Positions 1 to 14,850 of a stretch of 64,000 bases of DNA are shown in pieces. Both the position numbers and the translations under genes were made by a program. The notes beneath the pieces are model-generated. The model was not told the DNA's origin, did not search any database, and worked only from the letters and a program-made list of their open reading frames with translations. Position 1 is the first letter of the stretch. Each line of letters begins with the position of its first letter. This stretch comes from Epiperipatus broadwayi. Its lineage: Eukaryota; Animalia; Onychophora. The stretch lies in contig JAQFVV010000001.1 of assembly GCA_028023455.1 (NCBI GenBank), positions 31,000,001-31,064,000 of the forward strand. Reading direction: 5' to 3'.

Positions 1-3000
1 GGTAATTTACTAAAAACTGTCATGTGATAATTTGAAACTGATTACTGTTAGGTAATTTTATTTTTAGTTCCTTGTTACAGTAAAAATAATTAATACGAGA
101 TTACAAAACTAAATATGTCTAATTAAATGCTGATCAAAATATAAAAAAAAAATATAAATATTAGAGACACCCTTAAAAATGTGCATAATGCAGAGTGTGC
201 AGGGCAGTGTGTGCTTCTTCTCCATCGACTCTAAGGTACAGAAAGCTTAGGTTCTACTACAAAATTTTTATTTTAAAATTTAAAGTGATAATTTTTTATA
301 AATTTTATTATTTTTGTTAAGTAATAATGTAAGGGTAAATACCCAAAAAGTATTGTTTTCCATACTTAATTTAATCAGTAGAATTTCAAGAAAAAATAGC
401 AAAAATGCCAACAGAAAATTGATGATTTATTTAGTAATGATTCTAAAATGTGTATAATTCAAGGCAGAGATAGTATGTTTCTATATTATCAAGCTATCAT
501 ACAAACTTCTCAACTCTTCATTAATATATTGGTTGAATTTATTTTAATATTTAAAAAAAAACATTAAACCATTTGTTATCTTTATTGATGCTCAACTTTG
601 TTTAAACATTAAAAGGAATTAATTTAAACTCACAGTTAGAAGAACATTTTAATATAATTTTTTTTGCTATTACTAAAGTGCTGATGTGAATATTGTCTTT
701 AATTTTAAAAGGGGAAAAATCTTTATTAATTGAAGAAATTAGAAATATTAGTTATAATAATAATTTTTGTTTAAAAAATATTTTTGACAAATGATAGTTT
801 CATGTACTTCAATTAAAATATGAGAATATGAATTCAAATGAACAAAATAATGCAGAAAAACTTTTAATTCTAAGTGCATTGTGAAAAGCTGTCCTAGTTG
901 TTTTTTTTTTTAAAGAAGTGACTTACTAATTACTGCCATTATTGTCTACATTCAAGTTAAGAAATTGATAATTTCAGAAAATAGTGTGGAATACTGTCTT
1001 AAAATAAGGCAAAATTTATCTTCAAAATATATTTATGAAAGTGAAAGAAAACATTATTAGTAGCATATCTTTTATATGGATAAATGTGAAAAATAAGCTA
1101 TAGTGAACTTTTGAAATAAACATCCAAGTCGTCATGAAATGGGTATTTGAATTTGTACTAATATTTATTGTTTGTGATGTTAATGTGTTTACAAATTTTA
1201 CCAGGAATCTCATAGGAAATTATTTTAAAGAAATGAGAAATTGGGGATGCATTATCATAAATAATTTGCTGTCCAAAGAACATTATTAATGACATCAGTT
1301 AGCTCTAGGCTGAAGACATTGTTTAAAGAACTATGGATGTTTTTTTTTAAAAATATAACTTTTTATATTTTATTTTTATTATTTTTATGCAAAATTATTT
1401 ATAAATTACAAAATAAAAATAGGTATTTTATTATCTTTTGTTTAAGGTAAATTGATATTTAGTGTACATGTCTGGGTAAAGAATATATATATATATATAT
1501 ATAATATTTGCTAGTATTATTTTATTATTATGCATTTATAATTATTTGTGGGTAAACAGCTGACAATTGGCATTTATCAGAAGCTCACAAAGGTTTTAAC
1601 TAATATAGTATTTATTTATTACAAGATTATTAATAATATAATGTTTTATCTTTATTATATTGAGTGTTGTGAATTTTCCAGTCATGTCCAATATTTTGAA
1701 ATTTTATGCTACTATTAATTATATATATGTATCCTTATTAGCAGTGATATATTATTATTGTGCTATTTAAAATATTTTAAAGTCAATTTGACTAATATTT
1801 ATTTGTTGGTTTTATACATTGTCCCACATATGTATTGTTAGAGACAGAAAGTTACTTTTCTTGTTCAAGTTGTATTTTATCTTGCCATCATTTTTACAAG
1901 GATAAAAGTTATACCATTTGATGTTTGTAGGGCACCCACTTTCATAATATTGTTTCTAATTAGATAGTACATTGGAAGATTGAGGCTAGCTCTCTCAAAT
2001 TTTAGATATTTGTTATGAGTGGATTTTGTTTCCCATATCATATTATTTTATATGCTTAATTTGCATAATTTGATCCTTAGAGAGAATTTACTTTGGTTTA
2101 TATTTCAATTTTCATGCTCTAAGACAATGTCCACACATATATTTGACTCAGAGGTTTTCTGAAATATGCCATTGCCTGTTCATTATTATAGTTGTTATGG
2201 CTCTAAAAAGCCTTTTCTTCATGAAGATATTATGCTTATGTTCTAATATAGTATAGTAGGTGAAGATTTGATATATTTAAAGTGTCTGATAATTGATAAG
2301 TTTGAGTTTGAAGTGTAGATACTTCAGGGACACTTTTAATATCTTAAGTGTTTAGTAAAGAAATTAATATATTTATTGTACTTTTGTGCCTTGCTTAACA
2401 ATTCAATAAAGCCAACACATATTTTTTTTAGTAAATTTAGTTTTTAGTGTATTATTATAGCATAATAAGGAATACACATATATCTCATCATCATAACTTT
2501 TCAGAAGTAAAATACTGATGGATTGGTAAGGCAATTGTATATTTAACTAACTTATTAGATAGACAAGGAGCAAGTTGGATTGATGTGTACATGTGACTAC
2601 TGAAAGATATTGTGAATTTACTATTATCAAATTAACAATGATAATAGACATTATTTCTTAGTCATGTCTTTTTCAATAGCTAGAATTATAATGCTAATAT
2701 TTTAAAATTTCTTAGCTAGATATTATTTAAAAGGTAAAGTTCTTAATCATATTAGCACAATGTCATATATTTTAAATAATTATTAAAAATACATCTGTTG
2801 ATAATAGGTAGCTGTACATGGGTAATTTTATTTCAGTTATTTTAATTTATTTAAACCTTTAGTAAATAGTTATGAATAATTTTAGGAACATTGTCAATGC
2901 TATGTATAGAAATAAAGAATATTTAGAGCTACATATGTTTTAAAAATAGAATGCTTTAAAAGAGATAAATAATGTTTAATTAAAATTTTAAAAATGTAAT

Positions 3001-4399
3001 TTACCAGATTATCCAAAGTGTACAATTGGATAGACATGATTTTAATTATATTGATGCATATGATGTAACAGCGCCTATTAGATGACTTGAATGTAAAATT
3101 TGTCTGAATTTTTGTAAAATAGAATTGATGTTTACTTACAATAAATGTGTTTTTTTATTATTAAATTTTAGTCTCTGTCTCCATATGATTTCTTAAGTCT
3201 GCAGTTATTAACAATATTATAGCAATCTTTATGCAAATCAGATATTCAATTAATTTAAAACACAGATCCGACTGAAAATTTTATAAGATTGATGATTACA
3301 AATGGTAAAATTACATTTGAAATAAAGATATTTATTTTGTTTATTTAAAATTGACTTTCATTGAAAGACTGCATATTATTTGATTATATTATTTTAAAGA
3401 CAATTTAAAAATTATGTTGTTGATGAGTATCAGAATGACAAAAAAGATATTTTTTCCATTCTAAATATACAAATGTCATCCTAGATAAAGACTTTATTTT
3501 TCAAAATTTATTGTTTCATGCACATATTATTTAAATTAAATGTTTCTTTAATTAATATTATTATTATGGCATACTAGGATACATTAGCTTATAAGTGAAG
3601 TGTACTCTCTGATGATCTTCTGGGATGCCATTCAATTATTCAACCACATGATAAAACAAGTTATATTTAAAATTATTATATTAATAATCCTAAGATTATT
3701 ATACATGATTTTACAATTACTTGAAACACATTTATTTTGCAAATATCAGCATTGTGGCATTCATAGATCAAATTATAGTTATTAAAATATAAAAAAAATT
3801 CATTAACTCTTACTTTCTAGGAATCATTTCAGATCAGATCATGGCAATAATATTTAATTGATGATTTATAGTTGCAATTAGGTGGTGTGGAAGAGAGGAT
3901 AATAAAGAGATATATTTTATTATCACAGAGGACATGTATTGTATTCTTGCTGCTTGGGAGATGTACTTTAATATTGGGATAGTAGTTAACTTATAAATCT
4001 GATCAAAGAGTGAGTGACGTTTCTCCTCTGAATTTATTTAATTTTATATTTAAAATAATAGTGTACAGATGTCATGGTTGTAGCTCCCTTTATTTGGTAC
4101 ATATCTCAGTAGTAAAGATAATTATAGTTTAACCCATTGAGCATAGTCAAACCACAAGAGTGTTATTTATGTTTGCTTAAGTAGAGTCTGTTTATGTTTT
4201 TATTCTTATAAGGTGACAGTTTGGTCCTTTTGGATTTTTATTAGGTTACTATATATATATATATATAATAGTTCAGAAAGATTATGGGTGAATATGGATG
4301 TAGCATGGGAAAATGAGCACACATAATTATCCCCACAGAATAGTCACAATCATCAATGATTGCCATGAGAGACTAAATCATCAAATATAATAAATACAG

Positions 4400-4760
4400 C
4401 ATAAATTAATATTCAATGAATAAGAGCAGAGAGTCAGCATGAACAAAACCATAAGATGAATCTCCAGAATTAGAGAATAATAATAATAATCATTAATTGC
4501 CAACTATCAAAAAATAACAGTAAAAATCAACAGTTGGTCTTGTGACTGGATTTAAAAAAAGTCCACTATAGACAGACTAATTATCTAGCTACTCCCAAAC
4601 TTAGAACAAAAATACAGCACAATTATTTGAATATACATATGTGAGTGCTAGTTCATTAGAATATAAAAAATCATATAATGCTGAGATACAAACATGCTGA
4701 TTTTCATCAATGTTCTGCCCACATAGTAACATTAATGTACTAGCCTACTATGAACTGAAT
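4400..4760 (+). mobile_element. Highly decayed LINE reverse-transcriptase fragment
   Basis: Manual translation across frameshifts gives TGF.KK-STIDRL (near 4545-4585) and FIEYKKSYN (near 4652-4680), resembling the LINE RT motifs GFRxxRSTxD and FIDYxKAFD. Boundaries are approximate. Confidence 0.3.
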
Positions 4761-5060
4761 TTATAATAATAAAAAATATAAAAATATAGTGCAGATTAAA
4801 GTGATATCTTTGTGCCATTGAGGGTTATTGTCTTTGTTCAAACATAACATAATCCCTACATCCACATAACTACCCATTATGCTCTAGTCTAGCTCACAAA
4901 AAGAATTCTATAAACTGTTACTGTGAGCAAGAGATAAATAAATATAACAGTTTATTCTAATATAATTTAAAATAACTTTACTGGGATAATTTGAAAACAA
5001 TCCATAAAATTCTAAGCTGTATTAAAATCAAGTCATGCACACTGCCAATTCATGTAACAG

Positions 5061-5322
5061 ATATTTGGAGAAATAAAAATTTAATACTAGAATATTTTTT
5101 AATCAATTGTTTAATAAATAAAAAATAAAAAAAATACATGTCAATGTGATATTTCATATTTATTCATTTTTATCAAAAGATATAGTTTTATATATTTGGA
5201 AAAATAAAAATTTAATACTAGAATATTTTTTAATCAATTGTTTAATAAATAAAAAATAAAAAAATTACATGACGATATGATATTTCATATTTATTCATTT
5301 TTATCAAAGGATATAGTTTTAT
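5061..5322. repeat. Direct tandem duplication, 2 x 131 bp
   Basis: atatttgga(g/a)aaataaaaatttaatactagaat...gatatagtttta starts at 5061 and again at 5192, with only a few substitutions. Confidence 0.92.
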
Positions 5323-8300
5323 AAGAAAAATTAATTAACCAGTTGATATTTATTTCTTTAATTAACTTTTGCTGTCATTAAGTTATTTTTTTAAATAACA
5401 AAAGTTGGAAAATAGCTTTTCAATCAGAGATACAAGCATTTTAAATTAGATTACACCTTTTGTAAATAATTTGGTGGGGGGTGGATAATATAAAACAAAG
5501 AAAAAATACATGTCAACTTTTATAAAACTTGTTACTTAAAAAACTTCATGTTATCAAAAAACATGTTCAACTAAAAATATTAATAAAATTATTAATTAAT
5601 ACTTATTGCTACTTAATTTTAAAAACACCTTTACAAATTTAAATTTAATGTACACCTCAAAAAACCTTATACCATGATTTTAATTTTTTTTGGAGTCCTT
5701 TACATTTGTAATTTACAGATATTTTAGATAGATGTTTTATTAAAGGTTTCTTAATTTCAGGTTAATTTACAATAACATATTTCAGGCTAGCAAACACCAA
5801 GAATTTATCCATTTTTATTTCCAATAAATTTTCAGATCAGGCTAACATATAGAGATATTCATGTTCTTTGTTGAAAACAAGGTTTTGTTGCAGATTACAT
5901 CAGGGCATTTTCTTCTCATTTACATTTTATTTCAGTGAAGAGGTTACATCAATGAAGATGTTTAGTTTTTATCAAAACTTAGCACATGGTTTTCATTATA
6001 AAACATGTTTAATCAATTGACTTTCTATATTTGCTTTTTTTGGAAGCTGAGTCAGGTAATGATTTCTTCAACAACTTGCTTAGAACTTTTCTTCTACTGT
6101 CTTCTTTAACAGATAAAACAGACTGTTTTTCAACAGCCTGGTTAAAAATAACTTCTTTAGAAGCTGGCTTAGAATGAAAGAGCTCTTCAACAGCTGGGTC
6201 AGGAATGATTGCTTCTTACAAGACACCTAGGTCTTCTTTAACACATAGCTCAAATTTTAGAACAACCCTGTGCTTATCCAACCATAATCCTGTCTCCTAC
6301 ATGGTAACTCTTTTCCTCTCTCAACATTGACATTGGAAAACAAATCAAAAATCCAAATTAGAATCATAGATTTTGACATTCTTTTTTAATTAATTTTTTT
6401 TCTGCCAAAAGAAAAACAAGATAGTTAGTTAATTATACTGATTTGATAAACACTTTTGTTGTATTAAAGTGAGATAAAGAGAAAGGAAAAAAAAACAATT
6501 TTTAATTCATTAAAACAAAAATTTAACAAAAATGTTAAAATCTTATTTTTTAAAATAACTTTATTTATCCTTCTTACAAGTTAAAATTAAAATTTATGAA
6601 TATTTATGAAAGAGAAAACTTTTTTATTTAGTATTTTTTTAACATTAAAATTAAAATAAAAAATGATAGGTACATTAATTAAGAGAAATAATAAAAAATA
6701 TTTTTTTCCCTTTTATTTACAATGCATTATAACTAACACATTTTAAATATTAAATTTATGTTAACATATCTGAAAATTCTCATATTATCACATGATGAGA
6801 AAAAAAGTTAAATAATTACTCCTTATTTTTTAAAAAAAAAAACATATGGCAAGATTAAATACTATTTCCCTCTGCACAGTTACTTTAAGGATCATGTAAT
6901 ATTATTATTGCTGAATTATCCATTTATTTAAAATACAGCAATGTATGTATATGGTTACATATATGGACATTATTTATGAGTTAAAAGCATGTGATTGATA
7001 TTGATAATTTGGTGTATACAAACTATTGAAGATATTTCTTAGTACTTTGCTATAATGAACAAGGACAACTGCTATAATGTCATCATCAGGTGACTGTCTT
7101 GAAGATATATTCTGTATTTTATCATTTGTGGATCATCTTTTTAAAACTTAATAATAAATATGCTATCACAAAAATGCACTATTGGTTCACATACAGTTGA
7201 ATTTCATAATGACTTCTCATGGGCTTGTGATTACTTTTGAGTTAGAAGTATATGCTATAACTGTCAGTAAATATATCAATTTTTTTATTTAAGATTTCAA
7301 AATGAGTATTAAAACATGTAATTTGGATTTATACTGCTTAATACTTGAATAATTCTGACAAAAGTTTTATATGTAATTACAATATTTAGATTACAATCAT
7401 TTTAATTTTTACATATAATCTACTGGGGAGATATTAATGCTATGACTTAGGTCATAAAGTTCTATCAAAATTTCTTCTAATAGTTAATTTCTTTGTATTG
7501 GATATTCTGAAATAAATGTGATATGCAATTTTATTCTCTCATCTGATAATTAAAGCTTATTTTCTGAATGCAAATTTGTATATCTTGAATTTCCTTTAAA
7601 TCTGCCTCTTTAAAGAAATGTATTTTTTGTATATATAAATTATTTGAGATATAAGAACTTATGATTAACTTTGGATATCATTCTAGTGACCGAGTATTTA
7701 GCATTGGTAATATAGTGTTCATAATTTTTTTTCATAATGTTTTTCTACAACTAATTTTGAAAAAAAAAAACTAACACAATAAACTGCACATTTCTCATAT
7801 TATAATTTTTATTATATTTTTATTATTTTTATTATATTTAATTGAATTTTTTGAAAGAAATATTTCTTGATATGGTGGTCTTTTTCTACTTTCATTATAC
7901 TATAAATCAGTAAAATGCTGTCTTGAGTGCATCGGACTGGCAATCAGAGTGTATTAAATCAGTAGTATTGAAATTAATTTGAAATTTCTAATTTTTTATA
8001 ATTACATTTTTTTAAACAAGAATACCATATAAATGAATATTTATTTTTGGATACACCAAGGAGACTATCAGCTGATTCTCCCAGCATTTAGCATTAATTG
8101 AAGAAGTAATACATGTTCATACTCCCTTTCAGATCCATGTATTGTAAATTTGCATAATCAATGAGTACCATGTAACAGTTTCATCCAAGTCACAGATTAG
8201 GTTCTGAATGTTAGTTGTATAAGCAAGTTGGATAAGTCATTAACTTGTACAATATGGCAGAAGTAACAACGTTTTTTGGAAAAATGGAAGCAAATTTCAA

Positions 8301-11300
8301 AGATCAATAACCAAAAACTAATCTGAAGATTTGATTGATGCTACCAATTGACATTTATTGATTTCTGAAGGTTAATAAATGAATCTGAAATAAAAGAATA
8401 GTGTTACTGCTTTTAACATTTATTAAATATTGACAAATCGTTTGATTAATATCTATTAAAGTAAATAATGTTTATATTTATAAAACAACAACTTTGTTAA
8501 AACCGAAGCTTTAAGTGGTAAATTACTTTTTCCAAGTGATATAAATATTTTTAAGATAAGCAGAAATATGCAGTTTCTAGCTATTGACATTAAATAAATA
8601 ACATTCATTATTATAACAAAACATAAATATATAAAAATCTCAGTTATATTATCAATAATTTAAAAAAAAGTTGTGTGAAAATTGATTATATAAAAATAAA
8701 TTAATGTGACATTTATACACAAATATTATCTATTCATTGTAATTTAATTTTCCTTAATCATTTCATGTTCTCATTCAAACAATATAGTAACTCTGAATGA
8801 TTAAGCAAGGCTATTTATTTGTAAGGATTTATCTCATTGAAAACCAAACATAACCACACTTTCTAAAGTAAATGTATAAATGGTAAATTCTTACATATAT
8901 TTCACACATTGCAAAAATGAATAACTGAATTAATTATTTTAAATATATATTATTATAGCATATTACCCTTAAACAGTGTAAATGTAGGTCAAGAGTATAT
9001 GTTTCTATATATAAAATTAATCAATAAAAAAATCATATAGTCACTTCTTATGTAAATGATGTTCAAACATTAATATAATCAATTGACAACTCATCTGATC
9101 AAATTCAGATTTGTTTTTGTATTTTTTTTAGTTGAGAATTAATCCAGATATCTTTAGATCTTGTGACTGATACTTTCATGAATATATCAAACCTTTCTGG
9201 AAAATTAAACAATGATTTTGATTATGATATTTTTGACTAAGACAATGTCTAAACGCATATATTAGATTAACATAGATAATATGTTTCTATGATAGGATTT
9301 TTATAAAGGTAACAAACAGACATTAAGTTTTTAATTTGCCTAGAGTTATGTTTTAATCTCCCTAGTCTACATACAAACTTTATTTTTGAAATAGTTTGAT
9401 TATTATTACTTGAATATTATTTTCATATTCTCATTTAGATAGTCATGCATACAAAAAACACTTCCATGTTCTTAGAGAGTATGATCTGGATAAATAAATA
9501 TTTATAAAATTTCATGATGTGATTTTATTGCATAGAAAGCAGATTCTTGTTTTTCTTTTCACTTTTAATTTCTTTCTTGTCTTTATATATTTCACTTTCT
9601 CATTATCAAATTTTTCAAAATTTATGTGTGTGTATATTTTTTTTTGGTAATAGGAAATTTTAAGCATTTGTTGTCTGACTTTTATCTACACTTATTACTT
9701 GGGAGTTTACAAGAAATTAAATCAGTACAACTGATAGTAGTACATAATCCATGCTTCAGAATCGGTTTCTCTACTGCCACAGCAAATCATGCAGGCTTGC
9801 CAGAGTTTATTTTTTATAATTAAAATAAAACATTTGCATGGATAAACATAATATAGTTTTCAGAAGTTTTAAAAGTAAATAAACACTTCAAGCATATGAA
9901 TAAAGACATCTGAAGAATGCAAATGATTTCAAAGATATATTTCTGTTGGAGTCAGTCACTTCATGTATTTAAGGATATGTGATTGAATAGAAGTTATAAG
10001 TATATCTATGATATTATGCATGAGAAAAAGGAAGCATAAAATAAGAATAATAATTTTTAGCAATATATTTAATAAGTATAAGTAAATTAATCTTTAATTA
10101 AATATAAAGTTTACATATGGCCAAAAAAATGTTAATAATTTATAGCCAAATGAATGATTAGTAATAATTATTAAGGAATTTATCTAATGTTGATGTTTCA
10201 AATATACATGTATAAGAAATTTGGCACTTGTTATTAAATTACAGTAACTAAATATATGTTATTTTCAAACTGTGATACTTAATTTTTTTTTTTTTATAAA
10301 AAGTCTATATAAATTATTTAAAATGCTAGAATAGATATTGCAGCAGTTTAATTATCACTGCTAAGAACTAAGATGTTTAAATAAAACGTCTAAATTTTAT
10401 TTATTTTTGTCTAATATTTTCACCTTTTTGTATATCTAACATAAATGAAATACCAGTTATTAAAACATCCAATTGGATTTTACTCAGGTGAAGTAATACT
10501 TTAATATGAATGAAGTGGTATTAGTTTTCTAATAGACAGATATGTCTATCTAAGCTTAAAATTTCATGAATAAATTCAAATAAAATGAACTGCTCCTCTT
10601 CTGGAAAATAATTGATTAATTTTTATTTAACCATTTGGAATTTAATATTTTTTATATGCTAGTCTATCTTAATTTAAAAATGTTAGGTTCCATTCTGGAG
10701 CACAGAAGTATATAATTCTGTGTCCTTGAATTATCTTGAATTAATCCTAGATTTAAGTATTGATAATTAGAGAGTATATTTTAATTTTTAAAATGTTTAT
10801 AGTTATAATTCATTTACATTAACAAAAAACAATTTTTCCAAGCACAATTTATAACTGAGATAAAATAAAAAATCATTTAACATTTCAAATGTCCTGACTT
10901 ACTAACCGACCAATTTTTGACTAATTAAATACTTTGAATATTAGCATATCTGAAAAAAAAAAAACTTATAGTTTTATATGCTTAAAATTCTGTTAAAACT
11001 ATAAAATTGAAAGAAATTGATTTTAATTCCTCAAGAGAATCATGTATCATTTGTTTTTACAATAACCAAAAAATAAACTGCATTTGTTTTACTTAAATAA
11101 TATTTGTTATAACAGACTCATACAAATAAATAAAACATCTCTATTCCCAGTATTTTCAAAGTGAAAAGATAGTATGATAGTTGCTTAGATAAATAAAATA
11201 ATTTGATTTCCCTAAACAATTTTTTTTTTCAAAAGTTTTTTAACTTAATTTTCTTTAGCTATCCCATGCTCTTACCTAAACATTGTAATAATTCATTGTT

Positions 11301-11460
11301 ATATATTAGAATAAACATGATTTTAACAATAAAAGTGTATAAAAATAAATTTTCCAATATAATTTTAATTCACATTATAGGAAAATAGATTGTAATATTA
11401 ATTTTTAAAAATATTAATTGCTTTCATATACTGTGAACAAAAATTAAGTGTATGTTTCTC

Positions 11461-11486
11461 TGCACACACACACACTCACTCACTCT

Positions 11487-11520
<34 letters not shown>

Positions 11521-11521
11521 A
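11461..11521. repeat. Compound (CA)n/(CACT)/(TA)n microsatellite
   Basis: Directly visible. Confidence 0.9.
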
Positions 11522-12349
11522 GACAAACAACAGGACAAATGTGTATATAAAATGGAAAAAATATATAATTATGTTATTTTTTTTGTATATAAATAAATAA
11601 ATGAAATCAAAAAGATTGTGCAACAATATATTACTTAATATATAAAATACTTTTTTGGCAATGTTTTATTGCTTTTCTCAGTGTAACATATACATTATTG
11701 TGAATACTCATAAATCATTAGACATACATTTTTTTTGAAGCACACATATTTTTCTTCCCCTCTTCTCATGTAAAAATTATGAAGACTATACAGCAATAAA
11801 ACAATAATAACATTAAAATAATAATAACATGCCCTTATATCAATGCTGATAAGTTAAATATAATGATGTTATATTTTTATATTTGTAGTTTATATAACTA
11901 TTTATTTTGAATATAGATATATTTTTTATAATTATATATATATAAGTGTGTGTTGATGTGATATATCTCAATGAACAATTGCATAATGCATACATATGTA
12001 TATAGATTCACATAATGTTCTATATAGGTAGAGATTGTGCATACACTTTATTTAAATGTAAATATATATATATGAATGATAAAAAAACAGTTAATTTTAG
12101 CTTGTTAGCATTGTTATAACTCTATAATAATATAATTATTTTCTTTTTATATATATAATTTTTTTTCTACGATAAAAATTATATGTATATAATTATATAA
12201 GAATAAAGAGAAGTAAAGAAAAAATATATTAAAAATGAAATTAGATATTGCTATTTTCATCAAAGATAGTAATAGAACATTGATGAGAGAAAATTTTTTT
12301 GTATTAAATAATTACAACATTTCTTGTTATATAATTTCTTCAGTTTTAT

Positions 12350-14850
12350 TTATTATTATTAGATGCTGCTAAACCATTATCTGTTTTGGTAATCACATAT
12401 ATAAACAGTATTTCCTTAGAAAGATTTATCAATTGTTTGAATTGTTATACTGCTCAAAAGTAAATTTGTTATTGTGATGATGGAATCTATCTATCTATTC
12501 CTGATCATTCTGTTCTTTTATAAACATAAACTTCTAAATGCATTATACATCTTTTTAAACAATGATATCATCACATGATATGATCAGAATATGACAATAT
12601 AAGTTTGGTCACTTTGCTTTAAGTAAGAGTTCAAGTCTAATTTGTTTTCTTTTATTATTCTCTGCAAAATTTTCAAAAGACTTTGCTAACTTTTTAGTTT
12701 AGTATCAGTACTTTTTCTATTGTTTTTCAGTTGTAAATTACCATATTCACAGAGGGAAACATCATAGCTTGCACAATTCTAATTGTTATTTCAAAAGAAA
12801 TGGCTCTCTACATAAAACTTTTTCTAAATTTTGCTTTAAATACAATTCTTCATAATGACAAAAATTGATGTCTGTTAACCATTTTTAACTAATATTATCA
12901 AATTCAAAATCAGCTGCAGACTCTGTTACAATAAACTTTGTCTTTTTTAAAATATTCTCATTCTGTTTTATGTTCTTTCATTTCCTTATAATCATGAAGC
13001 CTTAGTCTATATTTTAATCTACAGACATGGCATATTTAGAATATCCAGTATAAATGATATTTCTTGCATCAATCCTCAATTCACATTTGTTTTCATTCAA
13101 AGTGGTTTTTCTCAATACATATATAGTATACAAGTTGAATAAAAAGTATAATAATATGTAACCATATCCAAATTATTTATCATTATGAAAATAATTTTTT
13201 TTGTCATAGCTCAATTTAAATCTAGTGCTTGTTCTATTTAAATATTTCTCGTATGAATAAAGAATGAAATATCTTGACATATTTATTTTTTTAAGACAAT
13301 TTCATTATTTTAGCATAGTCAGTTGAATCAATATTTTTCTTGATATTTGCTGGTCTCATCTATTACATAACAAACATTTATAATAATATCACTAATTTTT
13401 TGATCTTTTTAAAATCCAGATGTGATATCTGACTTTGAGACTAATCTTACTTGCACATAATATGAGTTATGGTATAATACTTTTAATACTTTATCAAGAT
13501 TCCTTTATTAAATAAAGAAATGAAAATTGATATCTTCACTTTGTAGGACATCCAGTAGTATTCTAAATCAATTAGAAGAATTTGGGCAATAAATTTATTG
13601 GCTTTCCTCAAACTTTCTGATATAAATCATCAATTTGAAATTTTTTATCTTTTGACAATGATCTCAAAGTAATTTGATGTCATCTTCCAATATTGAAGTT
13701 TTCCAATGTAAGTATCTCAATAAAAGTGTCTTGATTGAAGCCTTTATGATAAGTTCCTCTGTATATTTCTTCCATATCAGCTTTATGTTTGTTACTTCAG
13801 ATATTACTCTATCCATTGGTGTAGTTGTGATTTCACAAATCTCAAAAAATATAGATTTTGTTTTTTCAATCATGTTTGCATTTTTAGTTTCTGTAAATAC
13901 TAGCATAAAACTGTTTATTATTGTATTTCATGAATGATCTCTAGAATTTCTTATTCAGTTCCATTTAAAGTTGTATTTTCTTATGAAATTTATTGTTACC
14001 TTTTTTTGTGTGAAAATGTAACTGTATTTTTTAACATCTTAATTAATTTTCCTGGTTTTTCATTTTATTTAAAATTTTCTCAGCTGCCTTTTTAATTATT
14101 TCTTTCATTCTAATCCACAATTCAATTGGTTCACCATCAATAAAATTCAAAATCTAAAATTGATTTCAATGCTATTTCTAAAAGCAATAGATATTTTTTT
14201 CTGAGTAATATATGTACATTGGGCAAAAATGAAATTATTTTTCAGCTTCTCTTGGAATTTATGCATAATTTATAATCTATTCCATAATCTGCTCTAGGTC
14301 AAGTTTATGTTTCGTTTTTTATCATTAAATAATCAAGTGAAAGTAATCAATTTGATTCCTATGAACTCCATATTTTATTAGCCACATGAAGAGTTTGACT
14401 GATTAAAAATAATTTGTCATTAAATAAAATTTTAAATTTACAAAGGCCAATGAATATTAGCTGTTTTTCTGCTTCATTTCTGCTTTCAATTTCATTTGGA
14501 CTAATATCATTTTCTTTCTTTTCATTTCAAACTTTGGCATTTCAATCATCAACAATTAAAAGCATATCTTGTCTATGACTTTTGTCAAACTCTATTTGTA
14601 CATGATTAAAGAGCTTTTTTTATTTACTTTTCTTGAGTTATTAACACATCAACATGTATTTTAGAAATGTAAAATGGGTGTACACAGAATAAAATTTATT
14701 TTTCAAGATTATAACCAATGACAATCTATACAATATTGTTCCTCAAAATGAAAGCCACACTTATCTTTGTTGTTCTTAATCTGAATAAACGATGTTTATG
14801 TCTTCAAAATTTAAAATTTCCAGAATCTAGTCTAAAAAGTATATGAAAAC
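12350..14850 (-). mobile_element. Decayed RTE-clade LINE (BovB-like), APE endonuclease + RT to 3' tail
   Basis: Minus-strand motifs occur in the correct order. APE: DKSHRQDMLLIVDD*NAKV (GDWNAKVG-like, ~14520-14590) and GVHRNQIDY (~14345-14372). Linker: IKLIWKKYTEEL (ORF 13664-13906). RT and downstream: SDITSGF (~13420), DYAK (~13311-13320), IVQAMMFP..YG (12741-12778), LSYSDHIM (~12570-12600), IDSIT (~12475-12490). Ends in a (TAA)n-like tail at ~12350. Many stops and frameshifts. Confidence 0.75.

Noticed and set aside
3008-3145. Possible terminal exon (ccag|IIQSVQLDRHDFNYIDAYDVTAPIR*, AATAAA at 3140)
   Set aside because: Only 25 codons, no recognisable homology and no upstream exons found. 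This is expected by chance in AT-rich DNA.
6950-7250. hAT-like text (TxxWT..FMS..HVID)
   Set aside because: It needs several frameshifts and cannot be distinguished from chance.
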